A stretch of DNA of 64,000 nt from Cenococcum geophilum (taxonomy: Eukaryota), in the NCBI GenBank assembly GCA_050273025.1, contig CP158635.1, positions 32,240,001 to 32,304,000 on the forward strand, in the 5' to 3' direction. Both the position numbers and the translations under genes were made by a program. Each line of letters opens with the position of its first letter. The first letter of the stretch is position 1. The notes beneath the pieces are model-generated. The model searched no databases. It was not told the origin of the DNA and was given only the letters and a program-made list of their open reading frames with translations. Of this stretch, positions 52,234 to 64,000 are shown one piece after another.

Positions 52234-52467
52234 TATAAGGTATAATCCTTAGTATATATAATAGAGAGTAAGTAAGCTAAGTAAGGGTTATAGGGAGTTA
52301 ATAGAAGAGGTTTATATAGTAAAGAGTATAGGTATAGCCTTAAGGGAAGAGATAAACTAATAAGGGAGGGAGGGTTATAATCCTAAGGCCTAGCCTTCGG
52401 CTAGCCTTAGTAGCCCCTAAGAGCTTTATAGATATATACCCGAGTAAGGGATAAAATATCCCTTATA
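52234..52467. mobile_element. Solo LTR (234 bp), RIP-mutated
   Basis: TATAAGG...CCTTATA ends (RIP of TGTAAGG...CCTTACA) and TSD GTAGT. The empty site is visible in the homologous LINE copy at ~59810. Confidence 0.8.
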
Positions 52468-53262
52468 GTAGTAGTATTTATAGCGGTATTATAAATCGCA
52501 GCCTTAACCTAAGGGCCCTTATTTAGACGTATATAACTACTATATATAGTAGTAGTAAGGCTAATAATACTATATAGCGCCTAGATCTAAAATCTAAGCC
52601 TAAGTAGTAAGCTACTAGTAAAAAGCTCCTTAGCGCTATTAGCTAAGCTATAAAACTAATACCTATATAGGATTATAGGGGTATATAAAATAATACTACG
52701 TGCCGTACTAGAACGTAAAGTAGTAGTACTATTACTAAATATATATATAGATATAATTACTATATAGAGAGCAGTTACGGCATAAGACTACCTAGTAGAA
52801 TTTTTTTTATTAAATAGTAGAACGTATATAAGGAGCGAGCGCCTAATAAAGGGATAATGTGTCTAAGTATATAAGCTAAGAGGCCCTTTATCTATAAGTA
52901 GTAAAAAAAAATAAAAAATAAGAGAATTAATGCTACGCTAATAGAGTACTACTACGGTAATAGAGGCTAGGAGGCTACTAATATAAGTAGAAATCAATTA
53001 TATATATTATAAGATAGGTAAATAGTAAGTAAAAGTAACGCTAAAAGAAAGTAGTAAAAGTATAGAGAGTAGTTATATAGAATACCCTATAGATAATACT
53101 AACTCTTCCCTTATATAAAATATAGATAAAGGTAGAATTTATAGCCGCCTTTCTACTATAGATAGAGGTTTTAGGACTAAATATATAGCTAGTAAGTATT
53201 TATATTTTAGATACTATACTATACTATACTATATAAATAGATAGCCTATATAGTTAGTGCGC

Positions 53263-54170
53263 GGGCTCTAAAAAATCGGGCTTTATATATCTACGCGGTA
53301 AAGCCTAGAAATCTAGTAGATAGCTATTGGCGTTTTATTAAGATCGTGCTAATAGACTGCTAGAGTAAATGTAGAGACGTATATATAGTAGCGCAGCGCC
53401 GGCGCTGTAATGTAGTAGTAGCGTAGATAATATTTTTACTAGGAGAGTAAGCCCTAATAAAAGCTTTAAAAACGACTACCGCGTTTTAGTCTTAGCAATT
53501 ACGTCTATATATTGAATTTACGACTTAAGTTACAGTATCTATACTAACGTTCCCCCTTCCTTCTATATAGTAGATAAGATAATATAGTACTACGTATAGT
53601 ACTACATAGCACCTATACGGCACGGCGACTAAATAAATCGTATACGCCTTAGGAAGTCTATAATAAGCCTCTTATTCCCTATCTTACCTAATAGCCTAGA
53701 TTTACTACACGCGGTATTCCGTCTTCCTTTATATCTTTAGCTAGAGATATATATAGGGGACCTAGATTAGGGCTTTAGGAAAAGATACCTAGTTTATATA
53801 CGTCCCGCTATTCCTTTAGGGTAGAAATTATACTATAAGTAGGAGGACTATAGGCGTATATATATAGGGTATTTAAATAGGAGTAAGGGTAGGATAATAT
53901 AATCTTAATCTTATAGTATTCTTAATTTAAGTAGAAGTATAGTATAAGCGGTAGATAGGGTAAGATATGTGATTAGGACACTCCTTTATAGGAGTCTTAC
54001 AGTAGCAACCTAATAGTATTTTTCCTCCCATTAATATAGTACAAATACTATCTAAAAGTATTACCTCTTACGTCTTCCTTAGAGGTTTTTTATACCTAAC
54101 CTAGCGGTATTCCGTCTATATAGACTTATAGAGAATAATACTAAATATTGAATAAGAATAAATAAGAATA
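53263..54170 (+). mobile_element. ~0.9-kb non-autonomous non-LTR retroelement
   Basis: 13-bp TSD ATAGTTAGTGCGC (53250-53262 / 54171-54183) and a 3' GAATA/AATAA-repeat tail. No coding motif seen. Confidence 0.8.
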
Positions 54171-57100
54171 ATAGTTAGTGCGCTATATACTACCTTTTTA
54201 TACCTACTACTTAGTAAAAGACTAACTATTTACTAAAGTAGGTATAAATAATATTACTTAGATACTTTCTATAGGTAGGGGCCTATAAGTAATAGTATAA
54301 TAGCTTATAGGCTAAGAAGTCCTTTAGTAGCTCTAAATAGTATATAAGATCTAATAGGAGGATACTAAAGGATATACCTCCTTCTAGCCTCTTAGGGACT
54401 AGATACCCCCGCCTAGCTATAAGTAGTATACTAGCGAATTACTAAACCCTTCTACTACCTCCCCTTAGATCTTCTAATATACCTAAAAAGTATATTATAT
54501 AAGGTAGATATTACTATAAGGCTATATAGGCTAGGCGAAGGCAAAACGCGTAAGACTAGCTAAAGGAAATACTTTAGTTTTTCCTTCTTAGGGAAAATTT
54601 TTCCTATATAGAAGGTAAAAGCCTATATAAATCTAAAAGGGAACTAAATTAGATAATAAATAGAACTAATTAACTATAATATAATATAATCGACCGCTAA
54701 ACAAACTTTTAAAATAAGTCTAATAGAGTTTCTATAAGCCTTAAAGGACTATAAGAACCCTTTCTATTAATACTACGTATTCTAATTCGGCATTAGTAGA
54801 GGTATATATAGTACTTTCTAATATATAGCCCTTAAAACCGGATTATAATAAATAAATAAGCCCTTAACCCTGACAACCCTAATTAAATAGCGCGCCCTTT
54901 AAAAACGCGTCTTATAAACTATATAATCCGTATAATAAACCTAGTAGGTGCTATAGAAACGATCTTTTAATATAAATAAGGAACGTACTATTATGCTCTC
55001 CTTCCTTACTATAACCCTTTAGGCAGCCTTCGCTATATTAGTAGAGCTTATTTAGACCTAAGGAACTTAGAAATAATACGCCTAAGATATAAAGGTAATC
55101 TAAATAGATATTAGCGCTCTCTAAAGAGCTATAATAATAGCTATAAAAAGTAGATCGGCGTCTATAGGCCCGCTATCGTACGTATATATTACTACTATTA
55201 TACTTATAATACCCTAAGCTATAAGACAAGCTGCCTATAAATCTATAGATATATATAAGATTATAATCCGTATATATAACGCTACTAACTATAAGGAGAC
55301 CTTAAAGTAGAATAGCTAAGCTCTAGTATATAAGCTCTAGGCTGTAGGACCCCTAAATACCTATAAGATATAGGCCGTAAAGAAGCTATAAAGTAGCGAC
55401 GTTAGTGCGTACGTTATAGATAAAGAGATAAGAGATAAGCTGCTATAAGAAATAGGTAGATAAAGGTCCTAGGGCGCTCTACTATACTAGCCGTACCGCT
55501 AGTACTAGTAGACGTCTACATGGTATCTATAAACCTTACTATCTAGGGCCTAGAGGCTAAGTAGATTATAGAGTATATAATAAAGTAGAATTATATAATA
55601 GCGGGGCTTATAGTATCAAGGTTCGTATAGAAAAGGCTAGAAAAAGTCCAGATAGGAGAAAAGGTTAAATTGTCGCTTATTATAGGCATATAGTTAGAAA
55701 AGGTAGTAAATACGTTATTTAATTAGGGCCTTTTCTTAGGAGGAGACTACTACCTAGCTATAAGATATAAGATGACATTTTTAGTATTGTAGTACTTTAA
55801 ATATTAGGGCTTTAATTATATAGCTAAGAGCTATAGAAGGTATAGACGCTACTCTAGGTAATATAATACTAGCGATTATATAGAAGACTTACTTAAAAAG
55901 TATATTAACTATAAGGTATAGAGTAGGGCGTATAGCGTTAAGCGGATATATTAGGAGAAGGCTATAGTAATTAGGGCTATTACGCTAATATACTACGTTA
56001 GTGCCTATAAGCGAATAGTAATTATAATTATAGTATAAAATTATTACTAAAGAGGCCTTATAATAAGCTAAGAAAAGGAAGCTAAAGGAGATAGTTATAC
56101 AGAAAAGCTTTATATAGGTAGAGGAGGGCCCTTAAAAGGTTAGCCGGCCGTAAATTATTAACTGCTCTAGGAAGGAAAAGGGCTAGAGAATACTCTAATT
56201 AGTACCCTAAATAGCGCTAAATAGTAGTATATATACCTTAATTTAAGTCCTAATAACTTAAGAGCCTTTACTAAATATAGAGCTTAATACAGAGGCGGAA
56301 GTAGAAGCCTAGATCTAGAAAGAGGCGTCTATAGGTACTAAAACTACATTATAAGGGAGTAAGTAAACGCTAAAAGGTACCAACTTAGCTAGCTTAAAGG
56401 CTAGTATAGATCTCTTATACTAGGATACTAGAAACTACTTATAATTATATAGTATAATACTAATAATAGTAAGAATAGCGTACTACTCTATTTTCTATAG
56501 GAGGTAAAGTAGGCGGACTCTTAGCTAGATATACTAGCTATTTAGAAGCTATAGCGGAGGGATTAAGGAAATATAATATATACTATAAAGTCCTACTACC
56601 TAATATACGCGGGAGTAGGTAATATAAGGATCTATTTTTATATAAATAAGACTATTATTATAAGTAGGCGTATATATACTACTTAGCGGATATATATATA
56701 ATTAAGCTAAAGGGCCGCGAGCGGACTATCTAGATTTATAATATCTATAACCTCTAATAGATAAATAGTAGCCTTTATATACTACTAGAGTTACTAAAGG
56801 CTAAAGGAAAATATATACTATTAGGCGATTTTAATCTATACTATACCTTTTAGGAGGGTATAATAGTAATAAGTACGGATAACGTAGTAGATAACCTTAT
56901 TCGCGCTATAGAGGTAGCTAGCCTAAGCCTAACTGCTAAGGCGAGTATAGAGATATAGGTAAAGAGTATATTAAGGAGTACGCTAAATCTAGTATTTACC
57001 TCCCCCTAGATTATTAATAGGCTACTATAGAGTTAAAGGTAAAACCGCTAATATATAGGGTCTAACTATTTTCTTATTACTATAGAGATAGATATAAAGG

Positions 57101-57595
57101 CGCTAAAGGGGCTTTTACTACTTATAAGACCGCTATAAAAAAAGGCTAATTAAAAGGTAGTATAGAGCGAGCTAGAGGGCCGGCTTTAGCCTTTATACGG
57201 CTTCTTATATAAGATAAGAAATAAACCAGACGCGTTAGTAGAGGCTATATACTAGGTAATTAAAAATAATATAATAAAAATAATATTTAACGCGCGGCCC
57301 TTACTATAAGCCTCTAAAGTATAGTTAGAAAAATATATAGAAAAGGTAAAGAAAACTTAGTAGGCCTTCTAGGCGTAGAAAATCTCTTAATTAGTACCTA
57401 ACTAGATTAACTATAGAGTTATATATAAGAAGAAGAAGAAGAAAAAGAATAAAAGGGTAACCTAATAAAAGGCTAATAAGCTATAGAGGTAGACTGTTAA
57501 AAAGCTAATAAATAACCCTAAAGGGGTATAGAGTATAGTAAAATAGACGTATATAGCGGATAGGAAGCTAAAGTCCCTACTATAGTTTTCTTCTA

Positions 57596-58182
57596 GGGTG
57601 ATGGCGTAGTAGTAAAGATACGTAGTTAGGAGACTAAAGCGGAGTAGTGACCGTTAAGGCCATAGGTTTAATTTTTATAGCCCTCTCCCTTTCCTATAGC
57701 TTTTTACTTTTTATATAAATCTTATAAGAGTATATAGGCGCTACTATCTACAATATTAAGATAGCTAAAGGGCGCTTACTAGCGTTTAAAAAATAGGCCT
57801 ATAGGCTTTTACGGTAATAAAAGCGACCAACCTCTAGTTTTAGTATAGCGCGTAATAGGGCGGTAAAGGATATTAGTAAGGGTATTATTTGACTACAATA
57901 GTAGGGCGGGGTATACTATTAGTTATGGCTAGGGGGAGTTTATAATATAGTAATCGCAAATTATGCTTAGCAGTATATAACCATAGCTATTAGCTATACT
58001 AGTCTACTAATAGTAGAAGGAAATATCTTATATATATAGTATACTAGTTAGACTAGCTAGTTCTAGGGGGAAGGGTTTTCCTAATATAGGCTAGTTCCCT
58101 CCTTTAAAGAGAATAGCACTCTATAGAACCGCTGTATAGACCTTAAGGAACCGTAACAGCGTAATAAAAATTATCTATCTAT
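57596..58182 (+). mobile_element. tRNA-derived SINE (~590 bp), RIP-mutated
   Basis: 16-bp TSD CTATAGTTT(T/C)CTT(C/T)TA. It has an A-box-like TGGCGTAGTAG at 57602, a B-box-like GGTTTAATTTT at ~57665 (RIP-compatible with GGTTCGATCCC), and a (TATC)n tail. Confidence 0.7.
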
Positions 58183-58496
58183 CTATAGTTTCCTTTTATT
58201 AGTAGACTAGGAGAGGAGACCCTATACTATAATAATAAGAAGAAAGCTATTATCCTTATAGAGTAGTTCTTTCTACTATTTATAGAGGTAGACCTTAGTA
58301 ATATACTAGGTTTTATATATCTAAAGCTATAAACTATAAAAAAAAAAAAGAAGTAAATAAGGAGAATATTATTACGGCTTTAAAGGGGCTTACTCCTAAT
58401 AAGGCCCTAGATCTAAAAAAGATTAATAATTAATTCTTTAAAATATATAAAAAGTTGCTAGCCCTAGTGCTGGCTAAGCTCTTTAGTAGCTATATA

Positions 58497-61400
58497 TTAT
58501 TATTATTATTTATTCTATTTATTACCTAATTTAGTCCCTTTTTAGGTCTATATAGGCTACTACCTATCTATATAGAAAAAATCTCTATAGGGGGGAAAAC
58601 CTAAGTACTTCCTTTTAGCTAGTCTTATACGTTCTACCTTCGCCTAGCTAGTATATCTTTATATCTTTTTATCTACCTTATATACTATACTTCCTAAGTA
58701 TATTAGAAGATCTAGGGAAAGAGAAGTAGGAGGGTCTAGTGGTTTACTAGTATACCGCCTATAACTAGGCGGGGGGTAACTAGTCCTTAAGGGCCTAGAA
58801 TAGGGCGTATCCTATAGTGTCCTCCTATTAGATCTTATATGCTATTTAAAACTACTAGAGGATTTTTTATTCTATAAGCTATTTTACTACTACTTATAGG
58901 CCCCTACTTATAGAGAGCATCTAGGTAATATTATTTATGCCTACGCTAGTAAGTAGCTAGTCCCTTACTAAGTAGTAGCTATAAAATAGTAGTATATAGC
59001 GCACTAACTAAATAGGCCATCCGTAAGTATATTAAGGTATAGTATTTAGGATATAGATGCTTATAAGCTATATATTTAGACCTAGAACCTCTATCTATAG
59101 TAGAAACGCAGCTATAGATTCTGCTTTTGTTAGTCCTTTATATAGAGGGAGAGTTAGTATTAACTACAGGGTATTCCATATAGCTATATCTTATATTTTC
59201 GCTACCTCCTTCTATTATCGCTTCTATTTAAGATCTGCCTATCTTATATAAGTATAGTAAATCTCTATCTATACTAGTAGCCTTCTATTCTCTATTGCCG
59301 TTATAATACCCTACCAGTATAGCGCCAGGTCTCTACCTAGTAAGCTAGTAGTTTCTATATTTTCTTTTCTCTCTCTACCGCTTATAGGTAGAGGGCTTCC
59401 TAGCTAATATACTTAGGCGTATCTCCCCTTTAAGGGGCCCTCGCTCCTTATATACGTTTTAGCGTTTAGTATATTTTTTCTTCTACTAGATGGCCTTATA
59501 TTATAACTACTCTTTATATAGTAGTTATATTAATATATACGTCTAGTAGTAAAACTACCGCTTTGCGTTTAAGTACGGCGCGTGGTATTCTCTTATAGGC
59601 CCCTATAGTTCTATATAGATACTAGTTTTATAGTTTAGCTAGTAGCACTAGGGAGCTTTTTACTAGCACCTTACCGCCTAGTCCTAGGCCCTAGATTTAG
59701 GAGCTATATAGCATTATTAGCCTTATGACTACTATATATAGTAGGCGTGTAAGTCTAAAAGAGGGTCCTTATATTAAGGCTGCGATTTATAATACTACCG
59801 CAAATACAGCTGCTCCCCTATGGGTTGCTAATATAATATACTCGTTCTAGTTTAGCCTAGAGTCTATCTAGACCCCTAGGATTTTAAGAGTAGCTTCTAG
59901 CTTTACTTCGCAGCCCTAGATATTTACTATTAAGGCTAGGTCGCTACTTACCCTTTTTTTTTACTTATAAAATAAATAAGCTAGTATTTATCTAGTGCAA
60001 ATTTAGCACCGTATCATTTTACCTATACAATACACCTATTATATGCCTAGTTTAGCCTAGTATAGTTTTATACTACCGTATTTCCCTATATAATTAGGTT
60101 TATATTATCTATAAACCCTAGGGCTATTATATACTAGCTATCTTTAAATATAAAGAAGAGAAATAGGATTAGTAAGAGGGGAGATCCCTATAGAATACCT
60201 ATAGGTGTTAGTATTAACTCGCTTTTGTATCCCTTAATTATAATTTTTATAATACGCTCTATTAGAAAGGCTTAGATAAACTTAATTATTTAATCTAGTA
60301 GGCCTTTAGTTCTTAGGATTTATAGGAGTCTCTTATATAATATATTATTAAAAGCTTTGCTTAGGTCTAAGCTTAGTATAGATATAGTGCATTTTAGGTA
60401 AGCTTACTATACCGCTTAAATACTAGCAGTAATTAGGGAGAGGGCTAAGAGGGTTAATTATTTCTTTCTTGCGCCTATTTATGTCTATAGTAGTAGCTCT
60501 TATACTTCCGCCGCTTCTTATATATGTTTTATAACTATATTTTTTAGGAGATTTTCTAGGGTGTTTTTTTAGGGTAATTAAGCGGTGGCTTCCTAAAAGG
60601 GAGTAGTCTTTTTTCTTTACCTTTTATAAGATAACCATAGTTGTTACTTTAAAGCATTTAGGTAGTTAGCCTCTCTAGAGATAGGCAGTTACTATATCGG
60701 CAAGTAATATTGCTATCGCTTCTACCGCAGCTTTAATTGCCTTATTTAGGATCTTATCTAGCCCTAATACTTTACTAGTAGGGTAGGTAGTTATATAGTA
60801 GAGTTTAATATACCTACTTATCTAGGCCTCTACCCTAGTTTTCTAGTAGTATTAGTCCCTTTTATAAGTAGTTAGCTACCACCACCAATAACACAGGGAA
60901 TTTCACTAGTTCTCTCAGGTATCTTATAATAGGTTATTAGCCTAAGTACTAGTCTGCCCCTAAGTAGTCTATATAAGAGTCTCCTTTTAGAGTTAGTACG
61001 CTTTTATATAGCTTAGGAGCCTTCTATAACCCCTAGTTTTATATCTCTCTTTATTATTTCTACCGGTATAGGCGTAAGCTGCTATTTATAGGGGTCGCAA
61101 CTCCCGTTTTATATACCTACTAGCGTAGTCCTATAAGGGTGTTATAGCTGCATCCTATAATATAGAAGTGGTATACCTTTTATAGTTAAGGCCTAGCTAA
61201 AGCCTTACCCACCTAAGTAACTCCTGTTTACTCCTTAAGCGTACCTTACTAGTATACTACCCTAGCGAGTAGTCCTGTCTATTAGTATACTAACACACGC
61301 ATCCGTTCTCTTAAGCCATATAGTAGTCTCTCTAGTTAGGACGTAATCCTATCTACTTATTAGGTGTACTAGGGGTTAAAGCCTAGCTAAGGGGTAAGGT

Positions 61401-62527
61401 CCCTAGAGCTAGTAGTGGCTACTATATACTATGCTCTGTAGGGGCTAGTAGTAGTATAGGGGCGCAACACCCTATTATAGACTACTAGTCTCCATTTCGC
61501 ATTACCTATAAGAGTCTCCTTATAATAGGCCGACCGAATTTTATAGGAGGGGGCTATAGAGACGCTAGGTCCCGTACTAGGTGACCTACTCCCCCCTCTC
61601 CTACTAACTAAGCTTATATCTCCCCCTTTTATAAGCTAGCCTATATCTCTAACTATTAAGACCTTATCTAACTAGCCTATATTTCCCCTATAGCCTCCCC
61701 TATATATATATATTAGGTTATATATACTATACCTATTAAGACCCTCCTATAAGTTACCTATAAGTTAACCGTAGGTTAAACGCTATAGGGCCGTCGAAGC
61801 TAGCCTATGTTTCCGCTGCCTAGAGCTTTACCTATATTTCTACCTTATTAAGCTATCTAGTTGCCGTTACGTCGCTATTACGTCGCTATCGCGTCTATTG
61901 TTTAGGTCGCGCACATTATACCTATTAAGACCCTCTTTTAAGTTACCTAGGTATTAGATACTAGATAGGCCCTATAGAGGGGCCTTAATAAGTTCTTTAG
62001 GTAGGGCCTTAATAAGTTCTTTGTGGTAGCCTTAGGGCCTTAATAAGTTTTGTATAAGGTATCTATAACGCGTTAACCTTAACAAGTTCTTATAAAAAGA
62101 GGTTCCCTACGCCCTCGCCGTGTCTCTATAATCTTAGAGCTAGTATAAGCCTAAGGGTATCCTATTATACGACTAGGGCGCATTTATATTAACTAACTAG
62201 ATAATAAGGCTAGTTTTAGGCCTAGCTATAAGCTAGGTAGTTGTATATTAGGTGGTTTTTATATCCTAGTTTCCCTTAATAGGCCTTCTTAGGTAGTAGA
62301 GCAAGAGCCTTATACGGAGGCAGTAAGGCTCCTAGTGTTATTAAGGGCGATATATTATACGCAGTACGCGTCGCGAGCTTAACACCACAGAACTACGACG
62401 ACAGCGCGCTGCATGCGCTGCGACGGCTCCCTACTATCGCCTCTACACTTAGCCATTAAAAGAAACGATTTTCTAATAATATTTCCACCCGCGGCAATAT
62501 AGACGCGTGCAGTAGGGCTTCGCGGGT
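58497..62527 (-). mobile_element. Internally deleted LINE (~4 kb) with a 5' HDV-like fold, RT and 3' tail
   Basis: 15-bp TSD TTTAGTAGCTATATA (58482-58496 / 62528-62542) and an (AAT)n tail at ~58497-58510. The RT lies on the minus strand at ~60790-59850 (SHR(P)I.L, GI(P)(Q)GSPL, GF(V)D(D), LKILGV). Confidence 0.88.
62443..62527 (-). ncRNA. RIP-damaged HDV-like ribozyme
   Basis: On the minus strand: P1 (A/G)CCCGCG/CGCGGGU, P2 CUGCAC/GUGUAG, P3 GCG/UGC, L3 UCUAUAU (RIP-compatible with UCCACGU), GG, a P4 hairpin and GGCUAA. Confidence 0.75.
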
Positions 62528-64000
62528 TTTAGTAGCTATATAGTAATTAGATATTACCTAAAACTATTTAAAGACTTTATTATAGTAGTCCTTTAGAAAC
62601 TATAGAACCTGTCCTACTTTATAGTAAAGGCCTACTAGCTAATTATATTACTTAATACTATTAGAAAGCCACTTAAAAAAATAGGTATATTACTAGTTAG
62701 CTAAAGAGAAATAAGGCTAGGGCACTTAATATAGATAGCGCTAAAGTTACTAACCTAATAGGTATATATAGTATAGAGAAGTAACTTAAACCTAGTAGCT
62801 TTACTACTTAGCCTTAATATTTCTAAGGCCTTTAATTAAGTCTCTTATAAAAGAATAACCTATAATATAAAGGTCTAGGCCATACCCTATTAAATAGTAT
62901 AGTTTATAAAACCCTTCCTTAAAGATTAAGTAATAAGGCTCTTAATTAGGGGCTATATAGCGTAAATAATATAGACGAATACTAGTATATCCTAAGGCTT
63001 AGCGCTATTACTAATCCTTTTTCTTTTCTTTATCTATATACTTTTACTAGAGCTATAAGGGGATACTACTATAGTATTTAGGTTCGTTAATAACTCTAAT
63101 ATACTAATATATAGTAAAACTACGGAGAAGAACTATAAAGCCTTAAAAAGGGTGTATAAAGTATATATAGCGTAAGCACGCCAGTATAAAGTAGTATTTA
63201 CCCCTAAAAGTATTACCTTATCTACTTTATAAGGAGCTATAAGAAGTTTAACATAAAGGCTATAGTTAATATACGTAGTTTTATAGAGTGCCTAGTTAGT
63301 AACCTATATATACTAGGAGTATAGGTTAACTTAAAGCTTAAATAAAGGCCATATATTAATATCGTTAAAGCAAAAATAGTTACTAAAATAACCGTATTAA
63401 CCCGGCTTATAGCTTTTATATAGGGCGCCTCCTTTTAAAAGGCATAAATAGTATACTCTACTATAGTCTAGCTAGCAATCTTATATAGATATAGTACCTA
63501 ATACTTACTACTAAAGTAAATAAAGCATAAGAAGATAAGTAAAACTAAGCTACGCTAGCGAGGCGTAGTATAAAACCTATATCTCTATATTATTATAGGG
63601 GTGTATAAATTAATACTAATAGTAGTACTTAAATATAAGATAGGGTTTCCGCTGCTCTAGATATACTTAAAGGAGCTAGCTATAGCCTACGCAAAGAAAA
63701 CGTAGAAGGGGCTAATAAAAGGGTATATTAAGAGGGAATATAATACTATACGAGCTATAATAGCCTACTAGCTCTAGCCTAGAATAAAGCTATTAATACG
63801 GCCTACTAAATAAGATAAGCTTAAGAGGATAGCGGCTACTATTATAGAGATAGATATATAGCCGGTAGACCTATCTAAAGTATAGTATAGAAAGAGTAGA
63901 AGGGCTAAGGTATAAAAGACGTTTAAAAAGTAATAGAAAAGGGAGTAGGGAAAGTGTTAGAGTATACTTACCTACTATATAATGGCTTAGGCTAAGCTAT

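Larger units (their letters stand above)
48600..54690 (+). mobile_element. Truncated Tad1-like LINE (host A): RT and 3' end, carrying three insertions
   Basis: KA.G(PDG)I(P)NKAIK at ~48830, LRK..KKDYSL.GNY(RP)IAL at ~51600-51660, GF(V)D(D) at ~52120, and a 3' end with an AAT tail at ~54640-54690. Start approximate. Confidence 0.8.
3200..64000. other. AT-rich RIP-mutated transposon block (likely heterochromatic)
   Basis: TpA is in strong excess and CpA/TpG are depleted. Paired repeats differ almost only by C/T and G/A transitions, and stop codons sit at Gln/Trp/Arg positions. Confidence 0.95.
54691..64000 (+). mobile_element. Tad1-like LINE (host B): ORF1, APE endonuclease and RT, interrupted twice and running off the window
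   Basis: ORF1 knuckle (C)FK(CQ)GFN(H)IAKS(C) at ~55792. APE motifs are ILAI(Q)(E)P(W) at ~56531, LLGDFNL(HH) at ~56818 and GS(DH)F(P)I at ~57058. RT motifs are L(D)ISKAF(D) at ~62812, (G)I(P)(Q)G(S)AL(SP)ILF at ~62985 and FV(DD) at ~63085. Confidence 0.9.

Noticed and set aside
54691..54800. Ribozyme at the 5' end of LINE host B
   Set aside because: No P1/P2/P3 pairing could be built.
5523..59251. Scattered 60-80 aa I/L/Y-rich ORFs in the AT-rich block
   Set aside because: They are chance frames in RIP-mutated DNA, except 10787-10990, which is a fragment of the Gypsy 1 reverse transcriptase.
48900..62530. A single large segmental inverted duplication
   Set aside because: The inverted similarity comes from two separate LINE insertions, each with its own TSD and a different internal deletion.

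Overview
This is fungal (filamentous ascomycete-type) genomic DNA. About 3 kb is GC-balanced and holds one intact gene, a HAD-family haloacid dehalogenase-like hydrolase (1530-2237). The remaining ~61 kb is AT-rich, TpA-saturated transposon sequence with a repeat-induced point mutation (RIP) signature. Mentally reversing C>T/G>A changes resolves a nested structure: a hAT element (3131-42049, 8-bp TSD) contains a ~35 kb (about 19 kb native) TIR-bounded Plavaka/CMC-type DNA transposon (3824-39274). That element carries a SNF2-family helicase, a five-zinc-knuckle UPF1-like SF1 helicase, an unknown ORF and a DUF6532-like ORF. It was itself invaded by two Ty3/Gypsy chromoviruses, one of which hosts a 1 kb non-LTR element that starts exactly at an intact-looking HDV-like ribozyme fold. 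Downstream lie a GAGCT-based fold-back satellite (42.7-48.5 kb) and a nest of Tad1-like LINEs, a tRNA-type SINE and solo LTRs. Two of the LINE derivatives also begin with RIP-damaged HDV-like folds. All TE protein calls come from manual translation with RIP reversal; no database searches were run, and pseudogene ends are approximate.
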